Virus record (IMG/VR): IMGVR_UViG_3300008107_006173
From: a virus
Lineage: Duplodnaviria; Caudoviricetes
Length of the DNA stretch: 64,000 nt
Direction: 5' to 3' (one strand)
The notes under the pieces are model-generated. The model was given only the letters and a program-made list of their open reading frames with translations, had not been told where the DNA came from and searched no databases. A program made the position numbers and the translations under genes. This document shows positions 1-8,696 of this stretch, piece after piece. Numbering within the stretch: position 1 is the stretch's first letter; each line of letters opens with the position of its first letter.

Positions 1-939
1 AAACTTTGGATTAATTTGTCTATATGTAGGAATATTATATGCTGTATAGAAACTTCTCTTATTAGTGCCAGCATAAATTGTACCAATAAATGTTACGCCG
101 CCTGATTCAGTATTGGCGTTTGAAAGTGCATGAAGAATTGCTGCATTACTATAATATGCTACAGTAATTTCATCACCAGGGCTTGGAATATTTCTAAAAG
201 AAATAACATGACTATTGCTAGCTAAGGTATTAGCACTAAAACTATAATCCTTAGATGCAGCAGGCGATACATTGCTGTTGTCGCCTAATAGTAAAACGCT
301 ATTTCTTAGTACAGTTAAATCAGTTGCAGTAAAAGCAGCATTGCTAACTGTACTCACAATATTATCTGGGACAAATGACAGGGTGTTAGCTGTGGTAATT
401 GTTTGGTTTGATGTGAGAGTAACAACCGTATTACTGTTTGCAGCACTAATTGCAGCTACACGAACAATACCAGGAATATCAGCACTTTGAACACGATCAC
501 CTACATTAATACTTTCGTCATAAGTATCTAATTCAATAGTTGTTGAGGTAACATTAGCAATAGAGTTTGCTGTTGCAATAACTCTAGAATTTGCGGCAAA
601 AACTGCTAATCCAGAAGTTCCATATGTATTTGATGATAGAGCCCAGCTGGCAGTTTTAGTAACACCATCAAAGGTACCACTAGGAAACTTTTTGTAAGGA
701 ATAGTAAATGAAATTAAATTATTGTTAGCGATACTTTGTGTAATTGACTTTGAGTTAGTTGTTGACTCAAAGAAACTTATTTTATTATAGTTACCGCTAA
801 TAGCGTCGTCAGGATCAGCACCAATAAATAGCTGTCTACTGTCAACTGCGAATCCTAACTCGCCCGGACGTAATGGTTGAGGGAGGTCCTGCTTTAAACC
901 TCTTCGATTTTGAATTCGTGATATGATTACATTTGCCAC
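1..939 (-). CDS. Tail fibre/baseplate-type virion protein, partial (runs off left edge; absent from ORF track)
   Basis: GTG at 939 with RBS AGGAG and late box GATAAATA at 964-971. Translates MANVIISRIQNRRGLKQDLPQPLRPGELGFAVDSRQLFIG, the IQxRRG..LP..GE.G...D...LFIG motif typical of tail fibre N-termini, followed by Ser/Thr/Asn-rich beta-type sequence. Confidence 0.75.
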   Translation of the reverse strand, partial: MANVIISRIQNRRGLKQDLPQPLRPGELGFAVDSRQLFIGADPDDAISGNYNKISFFESTTNSKSITQSIANNNLISFTIPYKKFPSGTFDGVTKTASWALSSNTYGTSGLAVFAANSRVIATANSIANVTSTTIELDTYDESINVGDRVQSADIPGIVRVAAISAANSNTVVTLTSNQTITTANTLSFVPDNIVSTVSNAAFTATDLTVLRNSVLLLGDNSNVSPAASKDYSFSANTLASNSHVISFRNIPSPGDEITVAYYSNAAILHALSNANTESGGVTFIGTIYAGTNKRSFYTAYNIPTYRQINPKF

Positions 940-969
940 TGTTAAGTCTCCTGAACTTAACAGTATTTA

Positions 970-1641
970 TCACTTTGAACGATAGTAATCTTCTAAACGC
1001 TGTGCCCAGCGATCACAATAATAATCAAACTCGTTGCCTTCTATAATATAATCGCCAAATTTAGCGTCGCGATCTACCATTAAAATTGCAACTTTGCGTA
1101 TGTTTGTACCGTACATTTCGTTGTGCGCTAGCGCATATGCACAACCCTGTAAAAAGTAATCTTCGATCCATTCACGCTTTTTTAGCTTCTTAGAAGTCTT
1201 ATAGTCAATGATCGATTCTGCGCCTTCATATATACCAACGCTATCTGTAGTGCCGGCATAAAGCCCCCGGGCTAGTAAGCCTACCTCAACACCCCAAAGC
1301 TCATTGACTTTAGGTAAACCCTGTTCAATCATGCTCAGCGTCATTTTACGAGCTAATATGCTTACAAGATTATTACCAAAGTTATCCCATTCTTGTCCTT
1401 TGACATATTTTTCAATAGCATTGTGTACTTTAGTACCTAGGCCCGCACTTTGCTGACTTTGACGATTGGCTTCTTCTTCGCCTACTCGTTTCTTCCATTC
1501 AATTAGATGAGTTTTATCAGCAGTACTGTCAAGAATAGTAGTAACACTAGGCACAGGTTCAGCATCATCGCCAACATACTGTCGGCCAGCGGGCGTTTGT
1601 AGTCTTTTTAGTTGTGGGTAATTATATTTGTTTATAAGCAT
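970..1641 (-). CDS. PD-(D/E)xK exonuclease (lambda exo/Cas4-like fold)
   Basis: Motifs PSVTTIL, GTKVHNAIE, YAGTTD, IIDYKTS, LQGCAYA. Confidence 0.85.
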   Translation of the reverse strand: MLINKYNYPQLKRLQTPAGRQYVGDDAEPVPSVTTILDSTADKTHLIEWKKRVGEEEANRQSQQSAGLGTKVHNAIEKYVKGQEWDNFGNNLVSILARKMTLSMIEQGLPKVNELWGVEVGLLARGLYAGTTDSVGIYEGAESIIDYKTSKKLKKREWIEDYFLQGCAYALAHNEMYGTNIRKVAILMVDRDAKFGDYIIEGNEFDYYCDRWAQRLEDYYRSK

Positions 1642-1646
1642 CGTTT

Positions 1647-1675
1647 AATATAACATATATAAATCGTTATGTCAA
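1647..1675 (-). promoter_or_regulatory. Sigma70-type promoter
   Basis: TTGACA (1670-1675)-17 nt-TATATT (1647-1652), ending 5 nt before the exonuclease ATG. Confidence 0.7.
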
Positions 1676-2373
1676 CGATTTTCTAACAGCTCTATAAGTT
1701 TGTATGCGAGCTTTCTATGTCCTATTATGTTAGGGTGTATTTTATTAGGTGTTATCCAGTCTAGATGTGAACATAGATCTGGTGTAAGTTTTTCATTGTC
1801 GATATACTGTAAAGCATCTTCAATGAATTTAGTTTTAAATGTTTCTTCAACTAACGAAGTATCTGTTAATAAGGCATCATTAAACAGTATCAATTCACTA
1901 AAATTCTCTGGTAATATTAAATTGCAGAATATAGGAACAATATGACATTCTATCTTATACATATAACAAATTGTGTAAAAGGAGTTTAGTGCAATTATTG
2001 AATCGTATATAAAAAGATCATACTGAGTTTTATTGCGTGTATTACAATAATGCAGTTCCTTGTTAAGTTCCCCTGATACACCAAAGCCTCTGTTCTGTGC
2101 TGTGGCGCACAGAAATGCAGTATATTTTATTTTAGGATTGTATAAGTTTTTACAGAATTTTAATAGCTGATTTAAAGCGTATTCAATTGAAGACGAACCA
2201 CGAGAAAAATTTATATATGGTGTGTTTCTATGTGTTGAAACAAAGTGCGGGAAAGCCTTTAAAGGATTATCTCTGCCTAACAAAACATTTGGAAAAATAC
2301 TTTTGTCAAATATATCGTTTGTGGTGCCTAATTCAGAACCTATAGGCCAACTATCACCAAACCATAAATCCAT
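1672..2373 (-). CDS. SGNH/GDSL-like hydrolase or acyltransferase
   Basis: N-terminal WFGDSW and C-terminal HPNIIGH; AT-rich. Confidence 0.65.
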   Translation of the reverse strand: MDLWFGDSWPIGSELGTTNDIFDKSIFPNVLLGRDNPLKAFPHFVSTHRNTPYINFSRGSSSIEYALNQLLKFCKNLYNPKIKYTAFLCATAQNRGFGVSGELNKELHYCNTRNKTQYDLFIYDSIIALNSFYTICYMYKIECHIVPIFCNLILPENFSELILFNDALLTDTSLVEETFKTKFIEDALQYIDNEKLTPDLCSHLDWITPNKIHPNIIGHRKLAYKLIELLENR

Positions 2374-2440
2374 TTATCACCAGCCAGTTTTATTTAAAAA
2401 ATAATTTTACCAATGTGCTTTTGTAGATAATTTTTTAGAG

Positions 2441-2743
2441 TTACCAGGAAATGTTCCAAGTAATAGTATCCTCGGTTGTAGTATTAGTTAGAATACTAAC
2501 ACCATAACCTAGACCAGTAAAGTAATCCTTTACATAGTTAACTTGATCTAATTTTGTTGCATCATTGGTAACACCATTATACACATCAGTCATTGTGGTG
2601 TTACTGTTAACATTAGCATACAATACACCGGCATCAATATTTGCTAGTACTGCGGCTTCAATACTGCGAATCTCACTATGTATAATGCTGTTGTTGCGAG
2701 TATCGCGTCGTGCTGTTGTAGCATTGACAAATATGTTAGCCAT
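2441..2743 (-). CDS. Hypothetical, probably virion protein
   Basis: 100-aa ORF coupled to upstream gene by a TAATG overlap. Confidence 0.6.
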   Translation of the reverse strand: MANIFVNATTARRDTRNNSIIHSEIRSIEAAVLANIDAGVLYANVNSNTTMTDVYNGVTNDATKLDQVNYVKDYFTGLGYGVSILTNTTTEDTITWNISW

Positions 2744-3075
2744 TATAGATCCGCCTTAATGTCTTTCATTGCTTGATTGCCTGCAAGTTTTGAAACATCA
2801 ACTGCTTGTTCAGCGTCTTTGTTTAAGTCTGCAGGTAGTTCGTTTTTTGGTATAATCTTATCTTTATCTACGCTGCTAGCAAAGCCACTCTGGTCTACTG
2901 CTTGAATAAGCTCATCGGTAGATGTAACATAGCCCTGCCGTGCTAGTAATGATTTAAACTTTTCAGTTTTAATTTCTTTAATACCCTTAGACATTGCTCG
3001 TGTGAGAATATCCTGAACAGCAACGATCAGTTCGCCGTAATAACTCTCAGTTAAAACAATATCACGAATTAGCAT
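2743..3075 (-). CDS. Hypothetical protein with capsid-targeting-like leader
   Basis: Starts MLIRDIVLTE-S; coupled to neighbouring genes. Confidence 0.65.
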   Translation of the reverse strand: MLIRDIVLTESYYGELIVAVQDILTRAMSKGIKEIKTEKFKSLLARQGYVTSTDELIQAVDQSGFASSVDKDKIIPKNELPADLNKDAEQAVDVSKLAGNQAMKDIKADL

Positions 3076-4391
3076 TAAATTGCTGCTCTACCTAGTGGTT
3101 CTTCTTCTGGACCAGCGGCTGCTGGTTCATTGACATCAACAGCAGGTTCTTCAGCATCAACTGGTTCTTCTTCTGGCTCAGCTAATCCGCCTGTGTCACC
3201 AACGGCACCAGCTACCTCGCCTCCAGTTAATTGTGCAACTGCATCATCTAAGCCTGCCTTAGTTGCTTTTGCATTTTCTAACTGTGCCGTCAACACACCT
3301 GATACTGTATCACTGAATGCCTGTGCTGTGCTTGCGCCCATTTCACTACGCATTTGATCTGTAATAGCTGGAAGTTCTTCGTTGATCATGCGCCCGATAC
3401 GCTCTACTTGATCTTGAATATCGTCAGCCATAGCACGAACTGCCATTACAACTTCAGCTTGCTCAACGTCAACTTCTTCGTTTAGAATATCGTCAACGAT
3501 GTCGCTTAGTAGGCTTTCAGTTTTCTTATCCTTCTTGCTACCAAATCGTGCCATTGCACGTCTAATGTCATCTTCACCAACTGATGAGAGATCGTATTCT
3601 TTACCATTGAAACTAAATTTATGTTTCTTTGCAGCAATAGCTTGATCTCTGGCTGTATTAAATGCATTTTGCTCTGCAATTTTACGACCAAAGTATTGAA
3701 TGCCTGATGTAATAGCTGCTTCGTCTAGGCCGTTTAGGAATCCAACAACAGCATCTCGGCTCTTGCCAGCAACCTTAGCAAATTCTTCTAGCTTAGATTC
3801 AATTACATCATAGCTGGTCATGCCTTCTAGCTTAATACCAATTTCTTCAGCTAGAGCTTTTAGCAGCTTCTCGTCAAGATCGGTCTTAGCAGGGACATTT
3901 TCTTGAACTTCTTCTACTGCTTCATACTTCATAGTGCCGCATTCGTCCATGTAGCTCTTAGCGGCTGTGATTACGATTGGCATAACATGATCATCATCAT
4001 ATGCAAAACGGGTGTCCATTCTGTAGCGGTTCATGCACTCGCCAACAGCTTCGTCCATTGTGTAACCACTGTCCATTAGCTTACGAACAGTTGATTCCAG
4101 CATTTCTTTCATAGCCATGTAAGCTGGGCTTTCAGCATACATGCCTTCGTTGATCATTGTTTCAACTACATCTTTGATGCCTAAAAACTTAGCATAGTCT
4201 GGCTCAAGATGAAACATCTTGTTTGTGCCACGAAGTTTAATAATTGCCTTCTCAGCTGACTCTAGTACTTTTTCTAGCTTTTCCTTTCTAGGGAAGCCCT
4301 TTGAAATGGATATGCCAAACTGCTCCTTAAGAACAGAATTAATTTTCTTAATTTTTCTGTTAGGAGTTTCTCTAAAATCTTGTAAAAACAT
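3075..4391 (-). CDS. Acidic coiled-coil head/core-like protein
   Basis: 438 aa, late box at 4423-4430, leader MFLQDFRE, several internal [ILV]xE sites, acidic tail. Confidence 0.65.
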   Translation of the reverse strand: MFLQDFRETPNRKIKKINSVLKEQFGISISKGFPRKEKLEKVLESAEKAIIKLRGTNKMFHLEPDYAKFLGIKDVVETMINEGMYAESPAYMAMKEMLESTVRKLMDSGYTMDEAVGECMNRYRMDTRFAYDDDHVMPIVITAAKSYMDECGTMKYEAVEEVQENVPAKTDLDEKLLKALAEEIGIKLEGMTSYDVIESKLEEFAKVAGKSRDAVVGFLNGLDEAAITSGIQYFGRKIAEQNAFNTARDQAIAAKKHKFSFNGKEYDLSSVGEDDIRRAMARFGSKKDKKTESLLSDIVDDILNEEVDVEQAEVVMAVRAMADDIQDQVERIGRMINEELPAITDQMRSEMGASTAQAFSDTVSGVLTAQLENAKATKAGLDDAVAQLTGGEVAGAVGDTGGLAEPEEEPVDAEEPAVDVNEPAAAGPEEEPLGRAAI

Positions 4392-4452
4392 AATATTAAT
4401 CCCTGCTATTGGTTATTACACTTATTTATCAGAAAACGCAGGAATTTTTATC

Positions 4453-4926
4453 TTATTTCAGAGTAGCGAGTTCTCGGTTAACATTCTTTAACTGTTGTAT
4501 AGCTATATCAAGCCGTGTAATAACAACTTCACGTCGAAACTCGTCTTTAGTGGTACCAATTGTGTGTCTATAGTACATGCAGTCTGTGCTTAACTTATGA
4601 TACATACCTATCATAGTTTGAGCAAAATTAAGGTTTATGCTCTTTCTAGAGTTTAGCGCATTACATATGTTATTAGCCAGTATGTAACCGGGGATATCTA
4701 ATAATAATGCTTTCTTTTTAGTGTACTCAACTAGGTTATAGAACCCATCGTTATTTTTTTCAATAACATAAACACCACGCTCAATGATCTTATCTGTTAA
4801 GCGTTCTAGTTTTTTAGCTAGCTCGTATTTGTTAAAGTTGAGCTCTTTGCGGGTAGATTCGGTAACCAACATTTTCATTCCTGCGTACTTTGCTAAGAAC
4901 ATTCTTCTTATATAAATCTTCAGCAA
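4453..4926 (-). CDS. Hypothetical protein (true start may be ATG at 4878)
   Basis: Open frame in gene-dense operon; no recognisable motif. Confidence 0.55.
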   Translation of the reverse strand: MLKIYIRRMFLAKYAGMKMLVTESTRKELNFNKYELAKKLERLTDKIIERGVYVIEKNNDGFYNLVEYTKKKALLLDIPGYILANNICNALNSRKSINLNFAQTMIGMYHKLSTDCMYYRHTIGTTKDEFRREVVITRLDIAIQQLKNVNRELATLK

Positions 4927-5053
4927 TATAAGATTCGCGTTCTGACAGTTTACTTATGTTCAAAAAACCTTCAAATTCTGCTTTACTGAACAAGTTAGCT
5001 TCTTCCCTGCTAATAATACACAGCAGGTTATTTTTACCTTTTACTGCTCTCAT
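4832..5053 (-). CDS. Hypothetical protein
   Basis: 73-aa ORF with ATGA overlap with upstream gene. Confidence 0.6.
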   Translation of the reverse strand: MRAVKGKNNLLCIISREEANLFSKAEFEGFLNISKLSERESYIAEDLYKKNVLSKVRRNENVGYRIYPQRAQL

Positions 5054-5997
5054 ATTTTACTATATGGTAACAAGTCACCATACTCCTTCCAGTTACTATC
5101 CGGGTATGAGTCTAGTTGCTGTATGATATGATTAGCAACTCTTTTTTGCCAATCTACCCCGGCATGTTTTAAATCTCTAGCTAGCGGTTCACTATTTAAA
5201 ATGTTTTGATCGCTTGGATGTATATTTGTATAAATGGTGTCAGCGTATGCAAAAGGAATACTTAAATAATTTGCAAGTAGTTTAAGGGTCTGAACATTAC
5301 GCCGTTGCATCAGATATGATGTGAACGGAATTGATTCTACTAATTGTTTAGTAGTTTTGTTTGGCCTGTCTTCATTATGTTCTACATCGTGCCATAAATT
5401 TACTAAACGATAATTTGTTGGTGGGGGCATATGTGTTTCTTGCGGAACAAAAAAGTCTATTCTACCAGGCGGAGGCAATAGCACACAGATAGCTCTAGGT
5501 CGCCAAATTTCATCTACTAGCCAGTTAGTAGCATATATAGATGCTATATCTAAGCCCATGCCAGGAACACCGAGATTGTAAGCCGGTATGTCAAAATGTT
5601 TTGAAACCATATCAGGCCAAGTATACTCTTCAGGCAAGCCAACCCCATAGGTAAAACTACAACCAAAACACACAATAGGCCTATCTATTTCATCAAAGTG
5701 TTTTGATCTAAAACCATGTGAATTTATTTTGTATTCTATTTTAGTTTTAACATTACCTTCTTTATCAGCCCAACCGCCATGTAGTAATTTTTCTTTTGCT
5801 GCCGGATCTAGAAAATTTTTATCAAATTCATTTTTAGAATCAGGAAACATAAAATTAGCGGCATAATAATCCTCTGGATCTTTTCTCCATTCGCCTGTAA
5901 ATGTCGATGACATGATTGAACGACGAACTGTATCACGCAGGTACTGCGGATTTTCGTTGAACATCTTATTTAGATCTAAAAAGTTTTGATAGTGCAT
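5050..5997 (-). CDS. SGNH-like hydrolase/acyltransferase
   Basis: CFGCSFTYGVG, YNLGVPG and C-terminal DLKHAG motifs. Confidence 0.65.
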   Translation of the reverse strand: MHYQNFLDLNKMFNENPQYLRDTVRRSIMSSTFTGEWRKDPEDYYAANFMFPDSKNEFDKNFLDPAAKEKLLHGGWADKEGNVKTKIEYKINSHGFRSKHFDEIDRPIVCFGCSFTYGVGLPEEYTWPDMVSKHFDIPAYNLGVPGMGLDIASIYATNWLVDEIWRPRAICVLLPPPGRIDFFVPQETHMPPPTNYRLVNLWHDVEHNEDRPNKTTKQLVESIPFTSYLMQRRNVQTLKLLANYLSIPFAYADTIYTNIHPSDQNILNSEPLARDLKHAGVDWQKRVANHIIQQLDSYPDSNWKEYGDLLPYSKI

Positions 5998-6000
5998 GTC

Positions 6001-6135
6001 TTACTTTTTCTTTGTTTTTTTCTTCTTTGGTTTATAGATACTGGGGTTGGGTCGCTTGATAACAGCGCCCAATGGCTGTGCTACAACTGCTATACTGCCT
6101 GATGTAGTTTCAACTATAATATCATTAATCTTCAC
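6001..6135 (-). CDS. 44-aa basic peptide with capsid-targeting-like leader (not in ORF track)
   Basis: GTG at 6135 after GGGAG; MKINDIIVE-TTSGSIAVVAQPLGAVIKRPNPSIYKPKKKKTKKK then TAA at 6001-6003; fills the gap between neighbouring genes. Confidence 0.75.
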   Translation of the reverse strand: MKINDIIVETTSGSIAVVAQPLGAVIKRPNPSIYKPKKKKTKKK

Positions 6136-6343
6136 TTAAACATCTCCCGCTTGATTCAATAATACCATATTGTTTTTCAAGCAAATACTTTCTTGTTGCA
6201 TTGCTATTTACACAAAGTAAATCGCTAGCTTTGGTTTTCCAAATGTTAGGCACTAATCCATGTACTAATAAAACTCCTGCTACTTTCCATGATCGTAACA
6301 AGTGCTCAAAATAACCATAACCTGTTTCAGACAAATGACTCAT
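6125..6343 (-). CDS. Small hypothetical protein (resembles DUF6356-type proteins)
   Basis: HL...YFEH...W...LLVHG..P pattern, recalled from memory and not searched. Confidence 0.55.
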   Translation of the reverse strand: MSHLSETGYGYFEHLLRSWKVAGVLLVHGLVPNIWKTKASDLLCVNSNATRKYLLEKQYGIIESSGRCLSED

Positions 6344-6963
6344 AAACCTACCTCTTGTTGAAAATCTGTTGAATAGTTTAAATTTACAAAATCTTCTAAA
6401 TAGATATGGCGGACCAGATCAATTGTTGTTGATGTATAGTTATTTAAATATTCGTCCAAAGAATAATTACCAACATTCAAATTTGGCATTTTAATATTAA
6501 AATCTGTCTCAAATTCTTCAATGTGTTCAAATCGATATAACTTGTCTAATGACATTTTTCCGTTCATATCAAAAAGAAAAAATGATTGAGGATAAACAAT
6601 AAAAGGTGTAGCATTAGTATTTTTCTTTATACTTACATGATCTAGAAATTCAAATACTGCTTGTTTCTTGCGTCTCACATGATCTAAAAATTGTTCAAAA
6701 GAAATGTCTGACAAATGATATCTTTTAAAATGTTGATAATAACTAAATGCTCGTGTAAATGGATTTCTGACTATAGAAAAAACAAAAAAATTATTCAGGA
6801 TATTGTATCGCTCAAGCACAAACAAGGGACTATGATTCATGTTAGAGTCAATGGGGATCTTTGGCGTAATTTTCCATGACTGTGTTTCTGTTAGAACTTT
6901 AAGTACAGAAGTTCCTGCAGTTTTAGGAACATGAACAAATAATACAGGCTTATCAGTGATCAT
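6340..6963 (-). CDS. Sulfotransferase family protein
   Basis: 5'-PSB motif FVHVPKTAGTS and 3'-PB motif FSIVRNPFTRAFSYY. Confidence 0.85.
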   Translation of the reverse strand: MITDKPVLFVHVPKTAGTSVLKVLTETQSWKITPKIPIDSNMNHSPLFVLERYNILNNFFVFSIVRNPFTRAFSYYQHFKRYHLSDISFEQFLDHVRRKKQAVFEFLDHVSIKKNTNATPFIVYPQSFFLFDMNGKMSLDKLYRFEHIEEFETDFNIKMPNLNVGNYSLDEYLNNYTSTTIDLVRHIYLEDFVNLNYSTDFQQEVGL

Positions 6964-7514
6964 TTAAACGCCTTCTTTGGAATAATATCCATAATTAAAT
7001 GAATTCTATCTGTGTCACCGTTGTTACTAACAGCATGTTCTCTAGCATTATTAATTTCATAACAACTGCCTGTTTTCATGTTAACCACGTCGCCATTTAA
7101 AAAAAACTCAACAGAATCGTTAGTTACAATTGGTATATGTAATCTATGTACATTCAACAAATAATATCCCCCATCGCAATGGACAGGAATTTTTTGTTTA
7201 GCTGGAAGATTAACATACAAAGATCTTCCCAGTTTGCCGTCAAATACATTTTCAAGCTCATCAGCAATTTTATATGTAAGCTGATTTAGCTTTTCGCTGA
7301 CTAGATGTTTTTTTAAATTATAGTTTTTGCCTCGCCATGTTAGCGGTAAGCTACTAATAAAAATACTTTTTGTTAATTGATGGGTAGAAGAGCTGTTCTG
7401 TCTAGATTGATCTAGATCCCAAATAGCAGAATCTAAAATTGATATTTCATGTGCAATTGCAGAAACATCAAACTCATTAACAATTCTGTAATTAAACCCC
7501 GGGGTGTCCAACAA
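6960..7514 (-). CDS. Aspartyl/asparaginyl beta-hydroxylase-like 2OG-Fe(II) oxygenase
   Basis: HxD (IPVHCD), RLHIPI, HAVSN...DRIHLIMD. Confidence 0.85.
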   Translation of the reverse strand: MLDTPGFNYRIVNEFDVSAIAHEISILDSAIWDLDQSRQNSSSTHQLTKSIFISSLPLTWRGKNYNLKKHLVSEKLNQLTYKIADELENVFDGKLGRSLYVNLPAKQKIPVHCDGGYYLLNVHRLHIPIVTNDSVEFFLNGDVVNMKTGSCYEINNAREHAVSNNGDTDRIHLIMDIIPKKAFK

Positions 7515-7533
7515 AATCTCCTTTGTAATTCTC

Positions 7534-8070
7534 TTAGTATAATCGAGAATTGACTACATCCCAATTAATAATACGCCAAATGTTATTTAAGTATTTTGCT
7601 TTGTCGTGTTCATAATCTAGGGCCCATGCATGTTCCCACCAGTCTATTAGTAGTGCTATATCATTTTTAATTTGGTGATTAGTAATGGTTTTGATCTCAC
7701 CTTTTTTACTCAAGTATACCCATCCGCTGCCTTGAATAGACATTGCTGTTTCGGTAAACTTTTCTTTGAATAAATCAAAGTCCCCAAATTTGCTTTCAAT
7801 TAATTCCTTACTTGCACCCGTAGGCTTATTGCTGCCCTTTGGTGGTTGTAGTTGCGGAAAGAAAACATTGTGAAGATATGCGCCTGCTTCGTTAAACTTA
7901 GCGTCGCCTTCGCCCGCATTATATTTTTTAACATATCCAGCAGCTAGTTTACCATAGTGGTAATCAATAGTTGCTTCGCTCATTACAGGCACAAGATCAG
8001 ATTTAGCGTAAGGAAGTTTTTCCTGTACTAGCTGCTGTTTTGCTTCTATTAAAAAATCATTAAGTTTCAT
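7534..8070 (-). CDS. sod: Fe/Mn superoxide dismutase
   Basis: LPY, DYHYGK, HNVFF, GSGWVYL and DWWEHAW; all four metal ligands present. Confidence 0.9.
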   Translation of the reverse strand: MKLNDFLIEAKQQLVQEKLPYAKSDLVPVMSEATIDYHYGKLAAGYVKKYNAGEGDAKFNEAGAYLHNVFFPQLQPPKGSNKPTGASKELIESKFGDFDLFKEKFTETAMSIQGSGWVYLSKKGEIKTITNHQIKNDIALLIDWWEHAWALDYEHDKAKYLNNIWRIINWDVVNSRLY

Positions 8071-8696
8071 TTCTTTCCGCCCTTCATGTTAGCACACCAG
8101 TGATACATCTTGCCTCTCTCACCGCCGTACTTTTTAGCTTTAGCTCGTAGATCTGTTACGCTACCAGCACAACTAGCGCCAGAGCGTTTAACACGGCCTG
8201 GACGACTCTTGCCTCTTACTTTTCCGTCAGCAAAGTTTTCTTCTACAGGCTCGCCAACTGGAATTACCTCTAGCACTTTTACTTGACTCGGGTCTAAAAT
8301 AACATAGCTGATATTGCCCTTGTCCTCGTAACGATTCTTGTAAACAAAGCCATCATAGCCTAGCTCTTTTACTTTAGCTAGTAATGCTGTACGAAGTTGT
8401 ACAGGATCCTGTAGCATTGTAATCTTTTCCATTTCTTCTTGAGAAATCTTTTTCTTGTCTCTCAAGTCAAACGCATACACTCTATCATAATGATTGCCAG
8501 CAAAGTCTTTGACAGTAAATGGATTGTGTATGTCTAATTGTACTTTGTAGATTTTACCGTTTGCGTTCTTCTTGTAGTCCATACGGTCTCTGGCAGCTTT
8601 TTCGGTGCCAAAGTGAGTCAATGGACGAAACTGTGTAATATCATCTACTGTGCCGTGATAGGCGATAATAGGTGTTACTACTTCAACTATTTTCAT
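8067..8696 (-). CDS. ADP-ribosyltransferase-like domain plus C-terminal basic module
   Basis: AYHGT, THFGT..AA, GYDGFVYKN..E..SYVILDPSQVK, then VEE-NFADG and a Lys/Arg/Cys-rich module. Confidence 0.65.
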   Translation of the reverse strand: MKIVEVVTPIIAYHGTVDDITQFRPLTHFGTEKAARDRMDYKKNANGKIYKVQLDIHNPFTVKDFAGNHYDRVYAFDLRDKKKISQEEMEKITMLQDPVQLRTALLAKVKELGYDGFVYKNRYEDKGNISYVILDPSQVKVLEVIPVGEPVEENFADGKVRGKSRPGRVKRSGASCAGSVTDLRAKAKKYGGERGKMYHWCANMKGGKK

